DNA of 22,423 nt from contig MU058463.1 in NCBI GenBank assembly GCA_013265495.1, forward strand, positions 4,548,244 through 4,570,666. The letters run 5' to 3'. This DNA is from Vicugna vicugna. Lineage: Eukaryota. Under the pieces are notes generated by a model, which was not told where the DNA came from, made no database searches, and saw only the letters and a list, made by a program, of their open reading frames with translations. Shown here piece by piece: positions 10,864 through 21,054 of this stretch. The translations under genes and the position numbers were made by a program. Numbering within the stretch: the first letter of the stretch is position 1; each line of letters begins with the position of its first letter.

Positions 10864-11069
10864 TACAGCATAGTGATTCAGTTATACACACACACACACA
10901 CACACACATTCCTTTTTGTATTCTTTCTCATTATAGGTTACTATAAGCCATGGAATACAGTTCCATGTGCTATACAGTAGGACCTTGTTGTTTATCTATT
11001 CTGTATATTAGTAGTTTGTATCAGCCAATCCCAAACTCCCAATTTATCATTCCCCACCACCTTTCTCCT
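10864..11069 (-). mobile_element. LINE-1 3' UTR fragment
   Basis: tacagcatagtgattcagttat...gtgctatacagtaggaccttgttgtttatctat...cccaaactcccaatttatc is the reverse complement of the L1 3' UTR seen at 21620-22080. Confidence 0.9.
10887..10908. repeat. (CA)11 microsatellite
   Basis: Seen directly. Confidence 0.97.
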
Positions 11070-13029
11070 GAATGAAAGTCTTGCTCACTTTGTCTTTGAG
11101 CATCTGAGCTGAGATTTTTAAGCCATAGGTAGAAAGAGCTCAGGATATGCCCAGGTTAAAAATGAAGAGTCTTCACATTGTTTTGTAATTAAATTTTTTT
11201 TAATTTTAATTTTTCATTTTTGGTGAGCATAATAAAGTTCTCTCTTAGAAAAGTTTTATGAAGAGTCTATATCTGTGAAGTGTGGAGAAGGCGGGTACTC
11301 AGGAAATAAGCCTTCCCTCATGGCTCTGCTTTCCTTCCCAGCCTTCATCCTTTAAGCTTCACCTTGGATGTGAACCCGGAGAAGGAAGAAACTCCAGACC
11401 AGGACTTCTGGATCTAGGGCAGTTACTACTCAAGGAGTCCCGACTCCAACATCCAACAGGGAACAGCAACAGGTGAAGGAAACAGCGTCAGTGCCATGGT
11501 ATGTTTGAGAGGAAAGAGGGCCTGAGATGATACAAAGGTCCTGAGTAACACTCAGTTCTCAAATGGAATGTGTGGATTCCAGACACTCCCTGGCAGCCTG
11601 TGAGGGTTATAGAAGATAAGTGAGGATAAAATTAAGCTATAGCGGCAGCGTGGGCCCACAGAGCAGTTCTGGCCACACACAAGGGAATCTGCATCTGCAG
11701 TGCTCCTGGCCGAGAGTGAGCAGTGGCTGATGTCTTTGGAAGCAACGAGCATGCCTTGCTCAGGCTGAGAGTGCAGTGCAAGGTTTTATCAGCCACGGAC
11801 AGGTCAGTGTTAGAGGCTGCAAGCAGATGCCCAAAGACAAATGGGATCAGACATTCATTCAGGGCACAGCATTTGAACCTCTGATAATCCAACACTATGA
11901 GAATCTGAGCTTTTCTCTACCCAAGCACTATCTAGAGAGGAAGCAGGGATGGGAGACCAACCTCCCCCACTCCCCACACTTGATGGGGAGGAAAGCCTGA
12001 GAGGGAGATTAAACTTTGACCTGGCCCCATATTTATCCAAAAGATAAAGAGTTCCCCTTAGTTAGAAAGTTTAAATCATTCCTCTAAGCCTGTCATCAGA
12101 GGGAAAGCCATGCAGGAACAAAATGAAGTATGTTTTGAACAAGAAAGAAACTTTTTGTTTTTTGCACTTTGGGGATATCATGTGTGAATTCTTATCCTAT
12201 TGCACCCTTACAGTTAAAAATAATTTTTCAGGACAGCAGATTTGCTTCTTGCACGTGGTATGTGGCTGCTGACCCTTTCAGTGATGGTATTAAGCTGAAT
12301 ACTTAATTTCCTGGCAACATGTACAGAATGTCCTACCTGCTATCTCTATCTTATCAAATTGGATAGGAACTCTGGGAAAGCTTTGTAATTTGACTCTCCT
12401 TCAGTGAAAAATATATTTTATGTACCCTAGTGAATCAATTACAGTCTTAAATTTTTGAATAGTAAAGCATGTTCTTTATAAGAAATGTAATGTGTTAGTT
12501 ACTGAAACAAAATTTTAAAAGTGAATACACAATAGGATTTATGAGGTTTTAGCTTGGATGATCAGCCTGAGATGATCCAATTGTACCTGCCAACAGCAGT
12601 TAAAAATAAAATACTGACATGTTTGGAGATAACGTTCTTAAATGGATATTCTGTCGACCCAGAACAAAGCAGGATTGTTTCCTCTTGACTGCAAAAGGCT
12701 TCTTGATTCCCCTGAAGCTCAAAATTTATGTCATGGGGCCATTTATAAGTGAGTCTGTGTCGAGATCATCTATACTGTGAAAGCGGGAGTTGTGATCTGA
12801 GTTTCAAGCTTTCTTCAGTACTTTTCCTCAATACTCGTACCAATTTTAGTTTCAATATTTCAAAAGAAATTAGAAAGCATGTAGGCAGGAGTAATTCAAA
12901 TGTATTATTTATCCTTAGATTTAAGTTTCAAACATGAATCAGCTAGACTGTGGCATAAGTAAGGATGAATTCTTGCCTCCTGACAATCACTGACCTAGGA
13001 CAACGATTCTAAACTTGCTGTCACTAGAT

Positions 13030-13180
13030 CAGCAGTTCACGTGGGGACCGTGCTAGGGGAGCTAACTAAAATTCTCAAGCCCCATTCCAGAGCTACTGAA
13101 TCAGAAACTCCGGGGGTGGGGCTTCTATTTTAACAAGACTTCCAGGTAATCCCATGCACGCCTAAGATGGAGAACCACGA
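13030..13180 (-). mobile_element. MER5A (hAT-Charlie) DNA transposon
   Basis: ctactgaatcagaaactccgggggtgggg...ttttaacaagacttccaggtaat...atgcacgcctaagatggagaaccac matches MER5A in reverse orientation, including a terminal gagaaccac. Confidence 0.85.
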
Positions 13181-13549
13181 ATCTGTAGAACACTGCAGAA
13201 GATATCTCACTTTTCCTGAAATCCCTTAAAAATGAAACAACCGCATATATAGAATGCTTTGGTAAAGCTCTTTCCAAGAAGTAGTTGGACCAATAATCTA
13301 TTTAGTATTATTTTATTTACATGTATTAAAAGGTTTAATTATAAATTTCTCAAAATGGTATATATAGTGGTTAGTTTCAGTTTGGTCAATTTTGACTATA
13401 AACAGATGTGATGTACAAAAGATAAGAAAAGTAAATATATAAAATATTTAGAACAGTGCTTAGAAAAATGCCTTGCCATTAGCTGAATGCTATAAAAAGT
13501 GATAACACTTAAAGGGCATCTATTTCTTGTAGGCAACATGCTAGCCAGT

Positions 13550-13626
13550 TATATATATGTGTGTGTGTATATATAAATATACATATATATAAATATATAT
13601 GTATATTATATATATATATATATATA
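13550..13626. repeat. compound (TA)n/(TG)n microsatellite
   Basis: tatatatatgtgtgtgtgtatatataaatatacatatatat...tatatatatata. Confidence 0.95.
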
Positions 13627-14598
13627 AAATTTTGTGTAAATATCTAATCTTTATAACAAATGTAAAATATCTTCCCAAATGTCACCCAATTAGCAGGTGA
13701 TAAGTCAGATTAAGTCCATTCTTCAACTACAGCCTTACCTCCCTGAGTTAATTTACTTAAGTGCCATTACGCTAGCTAGGAGATTCATTAATGACTATAC
13801 TAAGATATTATTTTGAAATACTAGTCTTTTAGTAATAATCAGTGTGTGGATAATAGCATGTATTTTATTAGAATGGTGATTCACTGAAATAAAGCCACCA
13901 AGGAGGAAGCCCATCAGGGGCAGCTGTTACACTTACAATGTGCTTAAGCATCCCTTCCATCACTTCCCTTCGATATTAAACCCTCTTTATAACGTGAGCA
14001 CTTTAGTGCTCTTCCTTTCCCCGTGCCTCTATTTTATGTATCACTGCTCAAAGAACAGTCCTCATAACTAGACTAAGAGAAGAGCATGCAACAGGAATGG
14101 CATTTAAGTCGGTAATTTGCTAGATCAAAATTAGATTACATTATTAAAAAAGGGTCTTTCCTCTGAACACTTGGACTCATGCTACATTACTGCTATCTCA
14201 GACATCTCGTTTTAGAAAGAGTAGTGATAATACAAATCGGAAAAATACCTTATCTGTTAACTCTGTAATGTGAGTTGTTATTCCACTCTGTGTAAGTACA
14301 GATTCAATGTCAATGAAATGAATTCCAATTGCCCATAACAACTAGGCATAACTAGCAGTATACTGAGGGCTGATGTTATAGGTGGGAGTAGGGAGAAGAC
14401 ATTTGGGAAACTGGAATTCAATAAAAAGCTATAAAGTTTTAGTTTGTGGGCTGAGTTCAAGAGAGCACTGCTGTTATTCAAGCAGATCATCAAGAGGCCA
14501 TAAGACTCTTGGGCCAAATAAGACTTTGGCCTTCTCCTGAAATTTCATTAAACCTAGAGTGAAAAAAAATTTGGAAAGCATAAACAGATTGGGATAAA

Positions 14599-14840
14599 CG
14601 TTATGGATTGAATTGGGCCCTTCAAAAAAAGATGTTAAAGTCCTAATCCCTCAGCAACTTAAAAATGTCACCTTATTTAAAAATAGGGTCATTGCAAATG
14701 TAGTTAACATGAGGTCATACTAGGGTAAGGAGGGGCCCTTATTCCAATACAACTGCTATTCTCATAGGAAAACAGAGACAGGGAGGGAGGAGGACCACGT
14801 GAAGACAAGGAGACCAAGACTGGAGTGATACACTGCAAAC
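14599..14840 (+). mobile_element. MaLR LTR (MLT1C-like), 5' part
   Basis: gttatggattgaattgggccc...gatgttaaagtcctaatccc...atgaggtcatact...ccacgtgaagac...ggagtgat...ctgcaaac matches the MLT1C 5' half. Confidence 0.88.
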
Positions 14841-15316
14841 TGCCCACCAAAAAAAAAAAAAAAGCACAACATGAGAGTTGTGAGTTAAGTTTTATTTGGG
14901 GCAAATTAAGGACTATAGCCCAGGAGACAGTATCCCAGATAGCTCTGAGGAACAGCTCCTAAGAGGTGGGGGGAAGGTCGGTGTCTGTGTGATTTTGGTG
15001 GAAGGGGATATATGCAGTCAAGCACACAGTTTTGCAGAAGGTTGCTTGCTGCTAGTCACAAGGAGCAGATGACTCCATTAATGATTTTAGTGCTCTTCTG
15101 GATATGAGGAGACATAGGAATTTGGGCTCATAAAATCTTCTTCTGAAAATACCTAACTACCTGAAGGCCTGTTCTACCAGTTTTCCCCAGAGCCCAGAGC
15201 CCCTCATTCCTGATCTCCCTGAACACCTTTCAGGGTGTGCTGAAGGTCAGTGGCTGCAGCAGCTCATGATTCAGTCCTCGTGGAGGCAGATGCCAAGTGC
15301 CAATTTTTAGTTGGCA
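14841..15316 (-). mobile_element. ERV1-class solo LTR (MER41-like), 476 bp, inserted in MLT1C
   Basis: TG...CA ends with imperfect terminal inverted repeats (tgcccaccaaaaa / tttttagttggca); 4-bp TSD aaac at 14837-14840 and 15317-15320; minus-strand AATAAA near 14890. The family name is from recall. Confidence 0.88.
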
Positions 15317-15492
15317 AAACCAAGGAATGCCTAGGACTACCAGAAGCTGAAAAAGGCAAGGAAAGACCCTCTCCAGAGGGACAATGCCCCTGACAATACC
15401 TTGATTTTGGAAATGTGAGAGAATAAATTTCTGGTGTTTTAAGCAACCCAGTTTGCGGTACTTTGTTATGACAGCCCTCAGCAACTAACACA
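15317..15492 (+). mobile_element. MaLR LTR (MLT1C-like), 3' part
   Basis: ccaaggaatgcc...ccagaagct...ggcaaggaa...accttgattt...tgtgagagaataaatttctg...aagcaacccagtttgcggtactttgttatgacagccct...ctaacaca is the MLT1 3' end. Confidence 0.92.
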
Positions 15493-15661
15493 AGGAGGCA
15501 ATGGGAGAGGAGAAAAAGAACTGAGAAAGGGAGACTGGAAGGTCTGTAGAAAGCATTAATTAACTCAGCAGAACCAAGAAAGCTGACTCCCAAGCTTACT
15601 AGGGAAAAGGTCAAGAAATAACCTGATTTACCTTGCCAGATCACCCAAAACTCAGGAAACA

Positions 15662-15702
15662 ATAATCCAAGGAAATGATTATCCAAGGAAATGATAATCC
15701 AA
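15662..15702. repeat. 16-bp tandem repeat, ~2.6 copies (ataatccaaggaaatg)
   Basis: ataatccaaggaaatg / attatccaaggaaatg / ataatccaa. Confidence 0.9.
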
Positions 15703-16747
15703 CTAAGGTCTTGGACCCAGTTCCAACCTGAGAGTGGAGGTTTCCCCACACTACCAAGCAATTCTTGGACCCCTGCAGCCTGTCCACAAATTCAGCTCAA
15801 TTCTGACACCATCCACCCAGAGACAGAATCAGATTCCACAGGTAAAGTCTTCAGTCCCGTAAGAACACCCTCCACCTCAGACACTGACCGCAAGCCCAGG
15901 TTAACTGTGCTTCTGACTGATCGGCTACCAGTTGGAGAGTCCAACGACCCCCTCCAACTCAGGATGCCAACCACAAATCCAGGTTCTTACCAGTACTTCT
16001 AACTGACCTGCTAGAGGTCAGAGGTTCCCATGACTCCCTCCTTGGGTTCAATTAATTTGCCAGAATGGCTCATAGAACTCAGGAATCCTGTTTGCTCACT
16101 AGATTACCAATTTATTACAAAGGATATGAATCAATGGTCAGATGAAGAGATACTTCTGGCGAGGTCTCGAACAAAGGATCTCTGTCCTCATGGAACTTGG
16201 GGCCTAGCAAGGTGGCTTGCAGAAGCATTCCATCCCCAAGCCAGAAGCTCTCCAAATCCCCTCCTTTTGGGTTTTTATGGAGACTTCTTTACGCAGGCAT
16301 GATTGATTAACTCATTGACGATTGGTGATTGATTCAACCTCTAGTCCCCCTCCTCACCCTGGAACTCAGGTGGTGTGACTGAAAGTTTCAAATTGCTGTT
16401 CATGTTTGCTTCCCTTGGCAACCTGCCCCCATCCTTAGGTACTTTGTAAAAGTCACCTTCATTATCATAAAACTAAACAAAACATAAAATTATGGGGGAA
16501 AGAGCTTCTTATGAATAACAAGATGCCCATTTCACCTTTATGGCTCTAAAGCATTTCCAGGAATTTCAGACAAGGGACCAAATATTGTAACAAAAGATGC
16601 ACTCATTGTTTTTATTGCTAAGGAAATTCCATGGATTTTAGGAACTGTGAGCCAGGAACTGTGGAGGCAGACCAAATATAGATGAGAAATCAGTTCTGGT
16701 CATCTGAGTGGCCAAATATATATCTTTCTTATATATTATAATATCAA
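15703..16747 (-). mobile_element. MER21-group solo LTR (~1.05 kb)
   Basis: The minus strand starts tgatattataatatataagaaagatatatatttgg...atatttggtctgcctccacagttcctggctcacagttcctaaaatccatggaatttcc, like MER21 LTR 5' ends; it also carries ctccttgggttcaattaatttgc and caattctgacac motifs of that group. No TSD resolved. Confidence 0.8.
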
Positions 16748-17627
16748 AGTATGGAAGTAGGGATGAGAGAAAATGGGAGTTGAAGGATGTGTGGCTAGAG
16801 ATAGAATCAAGCCTGAGGCAACAGCTTAGAAACAAGGATCATCAGACCAGTGCAGGGGCTTCCGAATAGAAAGAGATTAAGACCTTGGAGAATCTTCCTG
16901 AGTTCCTGGAATGCAGAAGATACTTTTCATATTAAGAGCTCAAGAAATCTAAGCAAGAGTGGGAGGGAGTTTTGAAGACTGCTAAACTAGGAAGGACAGA
17001 TCTCTTGATAGTCTATATTTTTAATGGTGTGACAATATAATTTAAAGATTGGGCAAGGTGGGAAGAAAGACCAGCTTGTCAACAATGATATTACAAAAAT
17101 AGTAGTATCTTGGCAACAGTGTGATTTGATAGGACTTAAAGAAGGTAAAGTCAAATTGGAAGAAGTTGGGTTCCATGTAAATGTTTCCTGGTTTAGGATA
17201 AGTTTGTAGGGAGAAGAACACCCAATTAACCCAATTATTGAAGAATAGGGCAGTTAAAAACAATGACAATTGACTACAACCAAGAAATTGCCAGTTTGTT
17301 CTCTTTAAGACTATAGAAAAAAGAATCACTTTATTCTTTCTAAATTCAGAGCCTTTGAAACCTAATTTTAAGTATGAAAACTTATGAGCAGTTCATTAAA
17401 GATATAACTTTTTTCCTTTTTCATAAATCTCTAAATGACTTGGTGCTTTGTTTTTAAATATACATGACATGTCTGTAAAAATCCACTTTGTACTTAAATT
17501 CTTTTTCATGATATAGTAACTTAGGAATTACTTTTTGTTTGAAAATAATTGGTTGTCCTGCTGTTTTTCTGCCTCAAGGATGAAAAACAATGACCAGAAA
17601 AGTGAATGAATGCAAATTCTTTGGTGG

Positions 17628-18055
17628 TGTCAGAGAGGGGAATATTTCCTCTTTCACCCATCTTGAGTTCTTGTAGCTGAACTAATAATAAAATTGATAC
17701 AAGACAGATTGACAGGAGAAAAAGAAACACATTTTGATTCATGCACATGGAACTGTCATAGAAACGGGACCCAAGAAGTGGCCAGAGCAGGCAGCTTTTA
17801 AAATTTTTTAGACAAAGAAACAATAAATTTTAGAGGAATTGACAGGACAAAGAAACATAGGTTTTGTGTGTTCAATTAGTGAAGAATCTAAACAGAATGT
17901 GGACTTGGGGTAGTAAATTAAAGAAGTAACAAGGTTTGTTACTTGTTAACAGCTTCTCAGCCTAAACTCCCTATCTCTGGCAATATGGTGTCCTTCTAAC
18001 TCCAGATGCAGGGAATGAAATTTTCACATGAGAAATTATTCCCTGCTTTCAGGGA
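17628..18055 (-). mobile_element. ERV1 LTR fragment (MER31/MER67-like)
   Basis: tgtcagagaggggaatatttcctct...aaaattgatacaagacagattgacaggagaaaa...tagacaaagaaacaataaatt...ccctgctttcaggga resembles MER31/MER67-type LTRs read in reverse; truncated. Confidence 0.65.
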
Positions 18056-18159
18056 TAAATCTTAATATACATCTTAAATGACCTGAATAGATAATGCTTG
18101 TATAATCTGACATTACGTTTACTAAAACCAATGAAGTTCATTTTACATGGTAAATGAGG

Positions 18160-18655
18160 TATTAAATAAAGGATTGTGAACAAGACGGTAAAAAAAGAGC
18201 ATTGCTCATCACCCTGTTCTATAAGGGTTAAGTCATAACCCACTGAGATTGCCCACTGACAGTGCACCCTGAGTGGAATTCAGGGTGAAAGACTGGGCCA
18301 GGTGCTCTGTGCTTTGGATAAACAGGCCCTTAGGTAGTTAGATGCTTATCTCAGAAAGAATTTCAATAACGCAGATTCTTCCTTCTTCCCAGATGCAGAA
18401 AAGCACTAAAATCATTAACCTGAGATATCTGTTCTTTGTGATTCGCAGTCATCTTGTACCAAGAGGTATGCGCAACTGCATGTGTTTCTTCTTTAAAAAA
18501 GTCACACATAAACTGGCTTCTCTCCTATCTCTCTCTTTGGAGCAGTTCCCTCAGAGCCACTAAGTGGCCATCTCCCAGGGTGTTGTCCTCAGTAAGTCCC
18601 TGAATAAAACTTAAACTCACAACTCTTATATTGTCTGTTTTCCTTTAAGTTAATA
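18160..18655 (+). mobile_element. ERV1-class solo LTR (MER41-like), ~496 bp
   Basis: Homologous to the reverse complement of 14841-15316 (aggtagttag, cagaa.agcactaaaatcattaa, ggagc.gttcc.tcagagc, aataaaactta.actcacaactct); terminal inverted repeats tattaaataaagg / cctttaagttaata; AATAAA at 18603. Confidence 0.85.
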
Positions 18656-19571
18656 TACGTTAGATTTTGACGAATTGACACATGCAGAAAAAAAAAAATC
18701 AATGTGTTGCTGGTTTATTTTTCCTTTAGAAAATAGTTCTAATGTAACTCTTTTTTGTTCAGGCTGTCCCATTTTCAAATTGTCTGGTTTCAAAAAAGTG
18801 AATTTAGGTCAAGGGCTATTTTGAAAATCAAATAGGGCCACTAATTCCCTCAGAGAATTATAACTAGTTGTGAAGTGAACCAGTTTTCCTAAGTGCTGAT
18901 TGGATGGTATGTATTACTTTAATTCAGGTATTGTAATGTTAAAGCTTCTTTCAGCTGTGGATTATGTATATTTCAAAAAGACAGCATTACTTGACCTTCA
19001 ATTCTGATGTTGCTCTTTTTTATGACCTTCTTTTTAACTATAGAGTAATTTGTGTTCTCAAGAGGCTAGGCTACCTAAATCAGAAATTCAGGCTATAATT
19101 TCTCCACAAACTGTTCAGTTAAATAAAAAATTTAAACTGAAAAAAATTTAGTTCCAAAAAATTGATGAATACCTAAATTATTGGAAAAAAAACCATGATT
19201 ATTAGAACCTATGCAAAGATGATGCAAATATATAATAATTTGTAAGCTACAAGAACATGATGCATACTAAAAAAGGAAAAAAGATCATCTTTTCTATCAC
19301 CAGATTTAACAGTTAGAATTGTTTACAAAAAAATTGCCTATGAAGAGAAATGTGTCAAAAAATTTGCTGTTTTTATCCCCACTTGCTTCATCAAATATGA
19401 ACAAAGATGTGGAAGTTTTGCAAATAATAGTACCACTTTAATCCACCATCACGAAGTAGGTTATTTTTTGTTTTGAAGTGCATTTATTCTGATCAATTTT
19501 CACATTCTTACTGAGTGTGATCAACTGATTCTTACAATCAATGTTTCCTGCTGAAATGTCTGGAATTAAGT

Positions 19572-19807
19572 GGTAATAATAGCTAGCACTTATGTTGTGC
19601 TTACTGTGTGCCAGGCACTTTGAAGCTGTTTATACATATTAATAAAGTTAATTCTCAGAACAGCCCAACAGGATGTAAACTATAATTATCTCCATTTAAA
19701 ACAGAGATGAGGTAACTTGCCCAAGGTTACACAGCTGTTAAATGACAGTCACAATTCAGATCCAGGTAGTCTGGTCCTGGAGATTGTGCCTTAGAACATA
19801 GTACTAT
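19572..19807 (-). mobile_element. MIR SINE, near full length
   Basis: aataatagctagcacttat..gtgcttactgtgtgccaggcact...tctccattt...gaggtaacttgcccaaggttacacagctgttaaatgacag...attcagatccaggtagtctg is the reverse MIR consensus. Confidence 0.92.
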
Positions 19808-21054
19808 AGTCCAAGATTTTAAAGTAATAACCCTGTAGAGTTACTCACTCACGCATTCACCATTGAAAATACTGATCATGCTAAATTGAGATAAATATGG
19901 AAGAGGGAGGCAGAAGCTCTGCTGATGCACCATACAACTAAGAGAATTGATCAGAGTCATGGTCTTGTATTCGTAGAACTCATCCAATGGCCTGATCTAG
20001 CATTTCTGGAAATTGATCATTGCAAAGAAAGAAAGAAAGAAGTAAGAAAGAGTCCCCTAAGAGTCACCATTCAAATCATTAAATGGTTCACAACAGAAGA
20101 ATCCTTGGTCGTGTTTTGATCTTGGTCACAGAGGCATTTGGAGTAGATCTTTTATGTTCTATCTGACAGTCCCCACAATTCAACTGCTTTCAGATCCCTC
20201 AAGTCAATCAAAAAATGAACATTATGGAGAAGGGTTAATAAGTATGTATCATCTAATGGTCAGTCATAACCAAGTGTCTGATGAACTGAATCCACAGGCA
20301 CTGTCCCTCTGGACACACACACCACGAGGCAGGGGTAAGAAGTAGGTTTCAGTTAGGATGCCGGCTCCAGGGCTTGCTAGCCGGGTAGTGGTGCAGGAGA
20401 GTTCTGAGGCTACATCTAAACACCAAAGGGAAACAGGCTGCAATGAGTTATCAGCAGTTACGAGGGTGTATGTCATCTTGGGTAAGAGGGTAAAATGTCT
20501 TAATTCCAGGAATGATGAAAAGTCCTCCAACTCAATGTGTAGCATTAATCAAATTCTCCCTTTACCTCGGTTCACCTTTCAGAGGCAGTAATCATTTACT
20601 TATACTACTCTGCCTCTGTAGTTTGTCAGGGCACAGTAAGTTTCTAATTTAAAGACTTTTAAATGAAGGTATTATGGAAGTATAAAACATTTTAATTCTC
20701 TCTTTTAAGGTAGCATCATAAACCCAGTTAGAAGAATAAACAAAGAAGGAAACATACCTCAAAACATTATTGCTTTTTACTTACTGCTCTGAAGAAGTTT
20801 CACTTCTGGAGCAAATTATTTATTTCTCCCAAGAAGCAGAGTGTCGCTTATAATATGAGTGTTTCTGGCACATATACTTGAGAAATAATCACCTGTTTGC
20901 AATAAAAGCACTGAATTAGAATCTCACCATTTATACACACTAGTCAGGGTGATTACAACTCCTCCGGCACCCAGCTACTTCTGCTGCAACTATCTGAATT
21001 TTGTAAGACAGTAACTAACTATCCCAGGGGCAGGTTTCATGGTCACAGACTGCT

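Noticed and set aside
11480..12010. GC-richer block with overlapping short ORFs
   Set aside because: No recognisable protein or repeat family, and too few CpGs for an island.
13996..14011. Short inverted repeat gagcact-tt-agtgctc as a possible miRNA or terminator
   Set aside because: The stem is far too short for a pre-miRNA and is expected by chance.
15662..16040. Short direct repeats as a CRISPR-like array
   Set aside because: Tandem repeats without unique spacers, in mammalian DNA with no cas genes.
15230..16302. Several 60-165 aa ORFs
   Set aside because: They run across LTR sequence and show no gag, pol or env motifs.
19835..20000. Possible minus-strand L2 relic (similar faint MIR traces at ~700, ~6100 and ~13680)
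   Set aside because: Too diverged to call by eye; needs Dfam/nhmmer.
13272..20512. Several TTCnnnGAA (STAT/GAS) motifs at 13272, 16555, 16903, 19652 and 20504
   Set aside because: A motif with six fixed bases is expected several times in 22 kb of AT-rich DNA, so there is no clear enrichment.
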